The translations under genes and the position numbers were made by a program. Below, piece after piece: positions 45,486 to 54,199 of a stretch of 64,000 nucleotides of DNA (the first letter of the stretch is position 1; each line of letters begins with the position of its first letter). The notes beneath the pieces were generated by a model. It did not search any database. It was not told where the DNA came from and saw only the letters and a program-made list of their open reading frames with translations. Source of the stretch: Pirellulaceae bacterium (GTDB taxonomy: Bacteria; Planctomycetota; Planctomycetia; Pirellulales; Pirellulaceae); the NCBI GenBank assembly GCA_033762315.1, contig JANRLS010000079.1, positions 11,292 through 75,291 of the forward strand. The letters run 5' to 3'.

Positions 45486-46460
45486 ATGAAACAGGCGGCC
45501 CCGGTCGATCCTCCGCTCAATCCGTACGAGCCGCCGGGCGAAACGTCCGCCGCGGCGCTTGCCGAGGGAACGCCGAGCCTGACTTCGGCCCGCCTCTTGG
45601 TGTTGGCGGCCGCTCTGATGTGGAGCAGCGGCGGATTCTTCGCCAAGGCCCACACCTTCGACGGCTGGCCCGGCCCGGCCCTCGCCTTTTGGCGGGCGGC
45701 TTTGGCGTGCATCGTGCTGCTGCCACTCGTGCGGCGCGTCGAGTGGACTTGGAAACTGCTGCCGATGGCGACGATGTTCGTGCTGATGAACTACAGCTAT
45801 CTGACGGCGATGGTGCAAGGTTCGGCGGCCAACGCGATCTGGCTGCAAATGACCGCGCCGGTCTGGGTGCTGCTGGTCGGCGTGCTGGTGTTTGGCGAGC
45901 GGGCGACGTGGCGCGACGGGCTGCTCGTCGCTTTTGCCGCCGCCGGAGTGGGAATCATCCTCTACTACGAATCGCAAGGAGAATCGCTCTCGGCCGTGCT
46001 GTGGGGGCTCGCTTCCGGGGCGTTCTACGCGGGAATCGTCCTCTCGCTGCGGCAACTGCGGACGCTCGATTCGTCGTGGCTGGCGGCGGTGAATCACGTT
46101 TCCACCGCGCTCGCCCTGGCGTATTTCGCCCTCGGCGGCCTCGTGGACGCGAACTCACCGACGCCGTTTCCCGCCGGCATTCAGTGGGGCTTTCTGGCGG
46201 GGTTCGGCATTTTGCAATTGGGGCTGCCTTATGTGCTGTTCGCCCGCGGCCTGCGAAGCCTGCCCGGCCACGAAGCTGCCGGCATTGGGCTCGTCGAGCC
46301 GGTCTTGGTGCCGGTGTGGGTGTATCTCGCTTGGGGACAAAAGCCCGCCTGGTGGACCCTGGTCGGCGGCGGGCTGATTCTCGTCGGCCTCGTGCTGCGC
46401 TATTTGCGACTGCCGGCGTTTGGTTCACCCGCGGGCACGGGGGACAAAAAAGGCGAATAG
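45486..46460 (+). CDS. EamA/DMT family transporter
   Basis: About ten hydrophobic segments in two similar halves. MWSSGGFFAK start of the first EamA repeat. Confidence 0.8.
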   Translation: MKQAAPVDPPLNPYEPPGETSAAALAEGTPSLTSARLLVLAAALMWSSGGFFAKAHTFDGWPGPALAFWRAALACIVLLPLVRRVEWTWKLLPMATMFVLMNYSYLTAMVQGSAANAIWLQMTAPVWVLLVGVLVFGERATWRDGLLVAFAAAGVGIILYYESQGESLSAVLWGLASGAFYAGIVLSLRQLRTLDSSWLAAVNHVSTALALAYFALGGLVDANSPTPFPAGIQWGFLAGFGILQLGLPYVLFARGLRSLPGHEAAGIGLVEPVLVPVWVYLAWGQKPAWWTLVGGGLILVGLVLRYLRLPAFGSPAGTGDKKGE

Positions 46461-46559
46461 TTGCTGAGCGAGCGGAGGCTGAAGGCTTGTGGTTGCCCGG
46501 GCACTTTCACCACGAGGGTCGGGGAATAGCTGGATCGCGATACGTAGAATGAACGGGCT

Positions 46560-47000
46560 ATGGAGCTGTTCATTCTGCTGCCGCTGGTGCTGCTGGCGTG
46601 GATTGCGATCCAGTTTGGGCAAATGCTATTTCGCCGGGGACCGAACCACTGGCGGAACCTGCTGCGCGTGGACCTGGCAGCCATGCTGGTGCTGATAACC
46701 GGCGTGGCCGGTGCCCTGGCTCTGGTGCGGAGCCTCGATCCATGGGCCGCCGCTTGCGTGTTGACACTCGCGCTTCCCGCGGCGATTGCATTTGCCTGGA
46801 TGGGCCGTTACCTCCTCGAAGACCTGGCCCGCTCGCGCCGCCGCGCACACGGCATTTCCGAGGACGCGAAATTCGCCTGGCCCCCCGCGCAGCCAGAAAA
46901 CCCAACCGCCAGCCCGCCCGAAGAAATTCTAGCCGAAGCGGTGGACGAGGCGAGAATTGATTCTCCACCGACGACGGATACCAGAGTTGACCATCCCTGA
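46560..47000 (+). CDS. Hypothetical membrane protein
   Basis: Three TM segments followed by an acidic/Pro-rich tail. No family recognised. Confidence 0.55.
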   Translation: MELFILLPLVLLAWIAIQFGQMLFRRGPNHWRNLLRVDLAAMLVLITGVAGALALVRSLDPWAAACVLTLALPAAIAFAWMGRYLLEDLARSRRRAHGISEDAKFAWPPAQPENPTASPPEEILAEAVDEARIDSPPTTDTRVDHP

Positions 47001-47260
47001 TCGGCGTGTACCGCTATCTATGCGGCTGACCGGATTGGCGTTGGCAAGCAAGCCTGGCCACCTACGGGGAGCGGAAGGTCCGTGAGCCAGTTCTGTGCTC
47101 TGCAACAACCGTTTCCATGTAGTTCGTTGAGGTGAATGGCAACCTTCAAGCGTTTCAACGACTTATGACTTGCCGCTATATTGCTATCGGGATAGAACCG
47201 TTTTCGATACGGAAGCTGACTTCTGCATAATTCTGTGTTAGGCGGCACGGAGACATTCCT

Positions 47261-47566
47261 TTGACGGACCGCGTTGATGACGACCTTATCGCGAACTACA
47301 TTCGGCGATTCACTGTGCCGATGCAGTGGGTCGGTTGGTGGCTCGACTCGCCAGATCCCGCGACGCGGGAGTCATTACGTCTGGTGTTGTTTGAACCGAG
47401 CGGCGAAGCTTTGCGCTCCCTAACGGAGCCAACTGTTCGTGATGCGGTGATTCGCGCGGTACTGGAGAACGAACCGCTACGCACAGTCGTCGCTCTCGAT
47501 GTCGACCGATTGCTTGAGGAGTTAACAGAGGAAGCCATTCGCATCAGCCAGCGTAACGAGGCCTAA
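47261..47566 (+). CDS. Orphan hypothetical protein in a lower-G+C patch (TTG start; an internal ATG is also possible)
   Basis: Protein-like composition (MTDRVDDDLIANYIRRF...). No recognisable motif. Confidence 0.4.
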   Translation: MTDRVDDDLIANYIRRFTVPMQWVGWWLDSPDPATRESLRLVLFEPSGEALRSLTEPTVRDAVIRAVLENEPLRTVVALDVDRLLEELTEEAIRISQRNEA

Positions 47567-47772
47567 CAGCCTGTTGAACAACGCCCTTTTTTGACTAAGG
47601 CGAAGGAGTGCAACGCGGTGATTGGATGTGGGCTGGAGAGGCGCTGGGGAGAGGTGGGAGGCTTCAGGAGCGCGAGCGTGGCAAGGTAGATAGCGGCGGC
47701 AAGGTCGAGAAGCGACAATAGCCCGCGCGGGGTGCCGATGCCGAACAGGCGGCGCATGAGGCAGCCTGGTAG

Positions 47773-47857
47773 GTTATGCTTCAGCATAACATCCTAAATA
47801 ACTATTAAAAATGTTGTGCTGAAGCACAACCTACATGGCTGATGGTTCCCATCAGCC
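47773..47857. repeat. Twin inverted hairpins with a compensatory stem change, plus a third hairpin
   Basis: gttatgc-ttca-gcataac (47773-47790), gttgtgc-tgaa-gcacaac (47813-47830), ggctgatgg-ttc-ccatcagcc (47837-47857). Confidence 0.7.
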
Positions 47858-47970
47858 GCGACCGCTGATACGCTAGGGGCGCTGTCGCGCGGCTTGCCGG
47901 CGGCGGGAATGGGGCGCGATGCCGGTGGGGGCGTCGGCCAATCTGCAACTTTATCGGTCAGGAATCTTCC

Positions 47971-48996
47971 ATGCGTTCAATTCGTCACTTTGCCGTTCAA
48001 TACTGTGCCGCGGCTATCGCACTGCTCGGCTGCCTCGGTTTTGTTTTTGTCTCCAGCGCTTTGGCGCAGCCGGCAGCACCGCAGCGGCCGAAGCTCCGCC
48101 CGGGCTTTACCGCCGAATACGACGTGAAATACGTCCCCGACGGAGACGCGGCCCAGGCGCTCGATATCTACTTCCCCGATAAGCTCGGCGATAAGCCCCT
48201 CCCTCTGCTCATTTGGATTCACGGCGGCGGCTGGAGCGGCGGCAGCAAGACGGGGATGCCGTATCTGTATCAACTGGGGCGGGGGTATGTCGTCGCCAGC
48301 CTCGAGTATCGCTTCAGCCAGAAGGCGGTGTTTCCCGCCCAGATTCAAGATTGCCAGGCGGCGATCCGCTTTTTGCGGGCCAATAGCAAGAAATACGGGA
48401 TCGATCCGGAGCGCGTCGGCGTCGGCGGAGGCTCGGCCGGCGGGCATCTGGCGGCCCTCGTCGGCACCAGCGGCGGCAAGAAGGCGTTTCCCCCCATCGG
48501 TGGCAACGAGGATCAGTCGGATCGCGTCCAGGCCGTTTGCGATATCTACGGCCCGACCAACTTTTGGACCGTGGTGAAGCAGGCCGACGAAGACAAGAAC
48601 GTCAAGAACATCTTCCAGTGGAATAGCGGCGACCCCTATTCGCGGCTGATCGGCGCCAAGCTCGGCGAAGACAAAGAGAAATGCGATGCCGTCAGCCCGG
48701 TGCATTATGTCAGCAAAGACAACCCGCCGTTTCTTATCCTGCACGGAGATCGGGACGCCCTCGTCCCTTATGCCCAAAGCGAGGAATTGCGCGACCTGCT
48801 GGCCAAGGCGGGGGTCGAAGTCACCTTGCAAAAGCTGCCTGGCGCGGGTCACGGCGGCCCGGCCTTTGGCCTGCCCGCCATTGCTCGGCTGACGACTGCC
48901 TTTTTCGATAAGCATCTGAAAGGTGTCGAGGCGAAGATCGAAGCCCTGCCCGAGAGCGAAGTGACCGTTCCGCCCCCGGCCAACTCGCCGAAGTAA
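47971..48996 (+). CDS. Secreted alpha/beta hydrolase (esterase/lipase, HGGG type)
   Basis: Signal peptide. IWIHGGGWSGG oxyanion motif. GGGSAGGHLA nucleophile elbow. LILHGDRDALVP. Confidence 0.85.
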   Translation: MRSIRHFAVQYCAAAIALLGCLGFVFVSSALAQPAAPQRPKLRPGFTAEYDVKYVPDGDAAQALDIYFPDKLGDKPLPLLIWIHGGGWSGGSKTGMPYLYQLGRGYVVASLEYRFSQKAVFPAQIQDCQAAIRFLRANSKKYGIDPERVGVGGGSAGGHLAALVGTSGGKKAFPPIGGNEDQSDRVQAVCDIYGPTNFWTVVKQADEDKNVKNIFQWNSGDPYSRLIGAKLGEDKEKCDAVSPVHYVSKDNPPFLILHGDRDALVPYAQSEELRDLLAKAGVEVTLQKLPGAGHGGPAFGLPAIARLTTAFFDKHLKGVEAKIEALPESEVTVPPPANSPK

Positions 48997-49112
48997 CAAG
49001 GGGACGTTCCGTGGCCTTCCGTCGTTTAACGGCAAGCCGAAGGCGACCGCGTTGATCCTTCCGCCCGAGACCAGCTCCGCACCGCAAGTTCAATCGCCGA
49101 TAGGAAGATGAC

Positions 49113-49835
49113 ATGGGACGCAGTTTCGAGAATCGCAAGAAGTCGATCTTCAAGACGGCCGCGCAGAATTCCAAGGTTTATTCCAAGTATGGCAAGCAGC
49201 TCTACGTGCTGGCCAAGAACGGCGTTCCCGATCCGGACGCCAACCCGGCCCTGCGGAGCCTGATCGAAAAGGCGAAGCGCGACCAGGTGCCGGCGCATGT
49301 GATTGATAAGGCGATTGAAAAGGCTCGCGGCGCGGGGGGGGAGAATTTCGAGCCGGCTCGCTACGAAGGCTTTGGCCCCGGCGGTTCGATGGTGATTGTC
49401 GATTGCCTGACCGACAACAAGCAGCGGACCATTTCCGAGGTCCGCAATTGCTTCACCAAGACGAACTCCAAGCTGGGAGCGACCGGGTCCGTTTCGCTCT
49501 GGTTCGATCACCTCGCGGTGCTGTCGTTCAAGGGAGACAACGAAGAGGCGGTGCTCGAAGCCCTGATGGCCGCGGACGTGAATGTCGAGGAGATCGAGAA
49601 CAAAAACGGGACGCTGACGATCTTTGCTCCCCCCGGCGAGTTTTTCAAAGCCAAAACGGCCCTGTTGCAGGCGTTTCCCAAGACCGAGCTGGAAGTGCAG
49701 GAAATCACCTTCCTGCCGCAAACCCTCAAGCCGATCAGTGCTGAAGACCTGCCGATGTTTCAGAAGTTTCTCGACATGCTCAGCGACTGCGACGACGTGC
49801 AAGAGGTCTATCACAACGCCGACGTGGCGGGGTAA
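49113..49835 (+). CDS. YebC/PmpR family DNA-binding regulator (YeeN-like subtype)
   Basis: [31 protein letters not shown]...[15 protein letters not shown]...[19 protein letters not shown] follows the family along its whole length. Confidence 0.88.
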   Translation: MGRSFENRKKSIFKTAAQNSKVYSKYGKQLYVLAKNGVPDPDANPALRSLIEKAKRDQVPAHVIDKAIEKARGAGGENFEPARYEGFGPGGSMVIVDCLTDNKQRTISEVRNCFTKTNSKLGATGSVSLWFDHLAVLSFKGDNEEAVLEALMAADVNVEEIENKNGTLTIFAPPGEFFKAKTALLQAFPKTELEVQEITFLPQTLKPISAEDLPMFQKFLDMLSDCDDVQEVYHNADVAG

Positions 49836-50289
49836 GGCTTTCGCGCTCGCCTTGGTCTCGCGTCACTTGAATCGACTGGCGATTCGTTTGGCGAGAAGGG
49901 CGGAGAGGGCGATGAGCGGGAGCGTGTAGCAGGTAGCCCGGCTGGGTTGCAAGCTGGGCGAGGGGGAGGCATGATGGCGGCCGGCGTCGGCGAGCGGCTG
50001 CGACCAGACGGGCGATCGCGGCGAGGTCGAGCGTCGCGCCGGCGACGCCGGGGCCTCTGGCTGGACCAGTTTGCCGGCCAACTGCCCCACCCGCGAAACG
50101 CTCGATCATCGAGGTTGGTGCCGCTTCGACGTAGGTCCAAAAGTTCCCCTTGGGCAACCTCGGTTGCCGTCGGAAAATCCACTCCGGCTCTGCACTGGTG
50201 ACGCGCCAGCGCCACACTTTTCCGCCCGCTAACGGCGCCACCCGGCCGCGAAACGCTGGGTGGTCGCATTTCAGATTCCCATCAACGCC

Positions 50290-51066
50290 ATGTATGACGA
50301 GCCAACCGTCGGCCAAGTTGTGGGGGGAATGGCAATCCTGTTGGGGCTGCTCGCACTTCTCTTCGCCAGCCTTGGTTACGTCTTTCTTCGCAAGCGGCCG
50401 ATGGCCCCAGCGTCCCACTCGCCCCGTTCCAATCAGGAGGTCCCCTCGCGGACTCGCCAATCGATCCAGGAGTTCTCGATCCGGCCTTCCCAACCGGAGC
50501 GGCCTGAAGGTCCGCCCTGGATTTTTGAGGCCAATGGTGAACTTGCTTCCCCCGCCTACGGCTTCACGATGCGCAGCGAACCGCGGAGGGTGGAATCGCC
50601 TGAGCGGAGCGACGGCCACCAGATTCAGCTCTATCGCAAGACCTATCTTTTTAGCCGTCCGATCGCGGGAATTCTCAGCGTCGAGTCATTCGGAGAGGGC
50701 TATGTATCACCCGGCCTCGCGCAACGGAGCCCTGACGGACAATTCCTGCTGATCGTGGATGGACGGAATGTCTGGTTGTTCGATCTCGCATGCAATCGCT
50801 ACCTCCACGAGACCATCAACGCGGAGAAGCACTACTTCTCCACGCTGAGCCACGAACCTTGCCGCGGTCGAACAGTCAGCTATACCTACAGCGATTATGC
50901 TGATCGCCAACCACGGACGGTGTCGATTGAAATCGGAGCGGACGGCGAACTCGAAATGCCGCATGAATGGATTGTGGCCCACCAATCCAAGGGCGGTGAC
51001 CATTTGGGGACGCCAACTCACCCCAATAACACGTCAGGTCGAGCTGGGGGAGAAGCTGATTGCTGA
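50290..51066 (+). CDS. Orphan membrane-anchored hypothetical protein (lower-G+C patch)
   Basis: ATG at 50290 (a GTG at 50260 is also possible). TM VVGGMAILLGLLALLFASLGYVF. No family recognised. Confidence 0.55.
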   Translation: MYDEPTVGQVVGGMAILLGLLALLFASLGYVFLRKRPMAPASHSPRSNQEVPSRTRQSIQEFSIRPSQPERPEGPPWIFEANGELASPAYGFTMRSEPRRVESPERSDGHQIQLYRKTYLFSRPIAGILSVESFGEGYVSPGLAQRSPDGQFLLIVDGRNVWLFDLACNRYLHETINAEKHYFSTLSHEPCRGRTVSYTYSDYADRQPRTVSIEIGADGELEMPHEWIVAHQSKGGDHLGTPTHPNNTSGRAGGEADC

Positions 51067-51211
51067 TTTTGCGCCAATGATCGCTGGCGAATTGCCGGAT
51101 GACGCCACCCGCGACCTGGGGACGGCGACCACTTGCTCAGCAGAGGGTTCGCGGCGGCGGATTGCTGACGAAAGTACGACGCCTGGCCCCGACTTTCTGA
51201 AGTGAAAACAC

Positions 51212-51240
51212 TTGCCCCAAATGGTGGACATGAGTATAAT
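51212..51240 (+). promoter_or_regulatory. Sigma-70-like promoter (TTGCCC-17 nt-TATAAT)
   Basis: ttgccc (51212-51217), 17-nt spacer, perfect tataat (51235-51240). Lies about 360 nt upstream of the methyltransferase gene. Confidence 0.45.
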
Positions 51241-51597
51241 TCACGCTGGGAGAGGAGCGACCCGAGCGGGGTTGGATTGAGGGAGGAGAATTGTGAAGAG
51301 CGCTTATCGCGCGGGAGGCGGGCTTATGGCGGCCATGCGAATGCAAGTGGTTTTTGTGAAAGGAGTTGCGGCGACGGAGCGAGGCCCAAAAATGGTTGCG
51401 CAAACGAGCCGAAATAACTAATTGAGGAGTGGCCCCCAGTCAGATCAACAACGACTGATGGATGTTGCCGTCGTGCCGGAAAGAGTCCATCGCCCTGTCC
51501 ACCAGGTTTGCCACCGCCCGCGAGACGGCGACAGAGTCTCCCCTCGCGAACGGCGGTGGATGTCACGGAAACTCGAAACACGAGACCAACCCGCGCG

Positions 51598-52611
51598 ATG
51601 ACGTTGCCAATCACGAGCGTTGTGCCGGCCCCGGACGAAGTTGCGCGGATCGTGCGCGCGGCGGGAGAGCACCTCGCCCGGCGACTGGCACCCTTGGCCG
51701 CGGCAGCGGATGCCGGGGCGCTGGGCGAAGAGGACTATCCGGCAGTGGCCGCGGCGATCGATGAGTCACTCGGCGCGCTGCGAACGACGAACCTCTGGGG
51801 GCCCGCCAACCGCCTGCCGTCGTCCGCGCTGTGGAGTCTCGTCGGGCCACTGCTGGAGCGCAGCCTGCTCATCAGCCGGGCAAGGCACAAGCCGCGCGGC
51901 TATGCGGGAGATTACGAAATGCTGGCCTGGATTCACGAACAGCGCCGCGGCGACGACCCGCTCGGCCAGCTGCTCGACCGCTATTTTCAGGAGCAGGCCG
52001 CGCCGGTCGCCGTGCGCAACCGCATGGCGATGATGGCCGGCTGGATTCGCGAGGCCGCGCTAGCCGCGGCCGGCCCGCTCAAAATCGCGATGGTCGGTTC
52101 GGCTTTTGGATGGGAAATTAAGGACGCGCTGGCGTCGCTCGCGGAATCGGTTCGCGAGCGGATCACGGTGACGCTGCTGGATCTCGATCCCGCCGCGCTC
52201 GAATTCGCCCGCCGCGAGCTGGCTCCGCTCTTGCCCGCCGAGCGGCTCCTCACGGCGGCCGAGAATCTGTTTCGGCTGCCTGATCGTCCGCGCGCGGCGG
52301 CCCGGCTCGACGGGATCGATTGGCTGTTTTGCCCCGGCCTGTTTGATTATCTCGACGACGAGCAGGCCAGCGCGATGCTCGGCCTCTTTTGGCGGGGGCT
52401 GGCTCCGCGCGGCCGGCTCTGCGTGTTTCAGTTCGCGCCGCAAAACCCGACGCGAGCCTCTATGGAGTGGCTCGGCAATTGGTATTTGCTCTACCGGACG
52501 GCCGCCGACCTTGGGCAATTGGCGGCCACGGCGGGAATTCCCCAGTCGGCCATCGCCACTGGGGCCGAGCCGCTGGGGGTCGATTTGTATCTAACTGCCG
52601 GCCGTGATTGA
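51598..52611 (+). CDS. Class I SAM-dependent methyltransferase with N-terminal helical extension
   Basis: ATG at 51598. KIAMVGSAFGWE (motif I-like), LLDLDPAAL, LFCPGLFDYL. The KPRGYAGDYEM block resembles PhcB-like methyltransferases from memory, unverified. Confidence 0.7.
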   Translation: MTLPITSVVPAPDEVARIVRAAGEHLARRLAPLAAAADAGALGEEDYPAVAAAIDESLGALRTTNLWGPANRLPSSALWSLVGPLLERSLLISRARHKPRGYAGDYEMLAWIHEQRRGDDPLGQLLDRYFQEQAAPVAVRNRMAMMAGWIREAALAAAGPLKIAMVGSAFGWEIKDALASLAESVRERITVTLLDLDPAALEFARRELAPLLPAERLLTAAENLFRLPDRPRAAARLDGIDWLFCPGLFDYLDDEQASAMLGLFWRGLAPRGRLCVFQFAPQNPTRASMEWLGNWYLLYRTAADLGQLAATAGIPQSAIATGAEPLGVDLYLTAGRD

Positions 52612-52761
52612 ACTTGCGTCGCTCTCGCGGCCGGTCACGCCGTGGTAACAAGCGAAACGATTGCGCGGCCGCGTCCGTCTTACCACTATGGAAAAGCCCG
52701 CTCGCGGCAACCACAATGAAGGGTCTCTTCCCCCTTCGCCAGTCGCTTACCCAGGTCGATT

Positions 52762-53922
52762 ATGAGCCGTCGCATCTTGTCGCTGGTTGCCTGTGCCGCT
52801 GTCGCCGCTTCCGCGTGGTCGCCCGAGCTGGTGCTGGGGGAAGACATTCTGGAGGAGCGGGTGATTCGCGCCGCGGTTCCGGCAGCGGCTGAACCGGCTC
52901 CCGCGCCGGCCGACCCCGCCGATCCGAATGCCCCCAAGCCGGAAACGAAGGAAGAGCCGGCGGTCGAGATACCCCGCAAGCCGCCGGTGCAGCTGGGGCC
53001 CAAGCACATTCGCCTGCATCTGCTCGATGGGAGCGTCATCAGCGGCGATCTATCGGTCAGCGAAATCACGGTCGATACGGCCTTTGGCAAGCTGGTGGTG
53101 CCGGTGGCCAACATTCGCAGCTTCACCCCCGGCCTCGACAGCTATCCGAAGCAAATCGCGGAACTGGAAAAGCTGGTCGAGAATCTCGGCTCCGACGACT
53201 ACAAAACCCGCGAGCAAAGCCACAAAGACCTGGCCGCGATGGGAATCAAAATTCAGAAGGAACTGGAAAAGCACGCCGCCTCCGAAAATGCCGAGATCAA
53301 GCGGCACATCGGCGAGATTCTGAAAGAGATGGAAGAAGCCGCTGAAGAGCAGGCCGAGGACGAGGAAGGAACCGCCGAGCAGCCTTGGATTCGGCAAGAC
53401 ACGGTGGTGACGACCGATTTCACCGTCGTCGGCAAGGTTTCGCCCAAGGAGTTTTTGATTCAGAGCAAATACGGCCCGCTGAACGTGCTGCTGGCCGACG
53501 TGAAAATGGGAGAGCGCGAATCGGGGGCGAAAGAGGCGTTTCGCCGGAGCGTCGTCGTCGATGGGGCCAACATCGCCCAGCGGAATTTCAAAAGCACCGG
53601 CATTCGCGTGCAAGCCGGCGACAAGATCATCCTGAAAGCCGATGGCTCGGTGGTGATGTCCCCCTGGGGAAGCAACGCGGCGACCGGCCCCGATGGCGCG
53701 CCGAACTATGGCTGGTACGTGCCGAACCAGATTCCCGGCGGGGCCTTGGTCGCCCGCATCGGCGACAAGGGAACGATCTTCAAGGTCGGCCGGCAAGCGA
53801 CGTTTGTTGCCAAGAACTCCGGCACACTGCAACTGGCGATCGGCATCCAGGCGGAATACGCCAACGAGGGATACAACTATCCCGGCCAGTTCAATGTCAA
53901 GCTGCGGATTGAGCCGCGGTAG
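52762..53922 (+). CDS. Secreted protein with C-terminal PA-IL/LecA-like beta-sandwich (tentative)
   Basis: Signal peptide MSRRILSLVACAAVAASA. The C-terminus (GDKIILKADG...GGALVARIGDKGTIFKVG...GTLQLAIG...GQFNVKL) parallels the LecA pattern. Confidence 0.65.
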   Translation: MSRRILSLVACAAVAASAWSPELVLGEDILEERVIRAAVPAAAEPAPAPADPADPNAPKPETKEEPAVEIPRKPPVQLGPKHIRLHLLDGSVISGDLSVSEITVDTAFGKLVVPVANIRSFTPGLDSYPKQIAELEKLVENLGSDDYKTREQSHKDLAAMGIKIQKELEKHAASENAEIKRHIGEILKEMEEAAEEQAEDEEGTAEQPWIRQDTVVTTDFTVVGKVSPKEFLIQSKYGPLNVLLADVKMGERESGAKEAFRRSVVVDGANIAQRNFKSTGIRVQAGDKIILKADGSVVMSPWGSNAATGPDGAPNYGWYVPNQIPGGALVARIGDKGTIFKVGRQATFVAKNSGTLQLAIGIQAEYANEGYNYPGQFNVKLRIEPR

Positions 53923-53930
53923 CAGAAGGA

Positions 53931-54195
53931 TTAGGGCTGGGGGCTAGGGAAGAGCGGACTCACACTAACCCGCAGCGTCAGCAAGGGAGAGTTCCGGAAC
54001 ACAAGCCCGCAGCGCAAGCAAGGGAATCTCTCGTTCACCTCGCCGCCTGGCTTGTTCGATGCGAACCGTATATCCTCGCTAGCCTTGCGATCCAACGTGG
54101 CACCGCGGCCCTGGCTGGATCGTTCGTCTTCCTCCCTAGCCCTAGCACCCAGCCCCACTCTCCATTTCCCTTGCTGGCGCGTCGGGTTGGTGTGA
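53931..54195. repeat. Intergenic repeat cluster: three copies of a 28-nt unit (two direct, one inverted) plus a 9-bp inverted pair
   Basis: Units at 53961-53988, 53998-54025 and, inverted, 54167-54194. ggctaggga (53942-53950) pairs with tccctagcc (54133-54141). Confidence 0.7.
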
Positions 54196-54199
54196 GAAG

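Noticed and set aside
44478-46097. Long N-terminal extensions of listed ORFs. Examples are 44478..46097, 15405..16406, 16880..18220, 26978..27796, 33683..34651, 56941..59340, 19780..22740 and 24589..27360.
   Set aside because: The family-typical N-terminus, signal peptide or RBS-like sequence appears at an internal start. The upstream extension overlaps neighbouring genes or is Arg/Pro-rich, so these ORFs were trimmed rather than called in full.
47018-47248. Short ORFs in the lower-G+C patch (47018..47248 minus, 47563..47787 minus)
   Set aside because: They have no RBS, odd composition and no motifs. The second runs through the hairpin cluster.
49780-50619. A 279-codon minus-strand ORF overlapping the yebC-family 3' end and the orphan gene at 50290
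   Set aside because: Only a short central stretch (…KVWRWRVTSAEPEWIFRRQPRLPKGNFWTYVEAAPTSMIERF…) looks protein-like. The rest is Arg/Pro-rich and the ORF overlaps two better-supported genes. It may be a degraded gene remnant, but I cannot support a call.
51293-51421. A 42-codon GTG ORF behind gagggaggag, downstream of the TATAAT promoter
   Set aside because: It is mentioned in a finding but not called as a feature. It is too short and unsupported without conservation or ribosome profiling.
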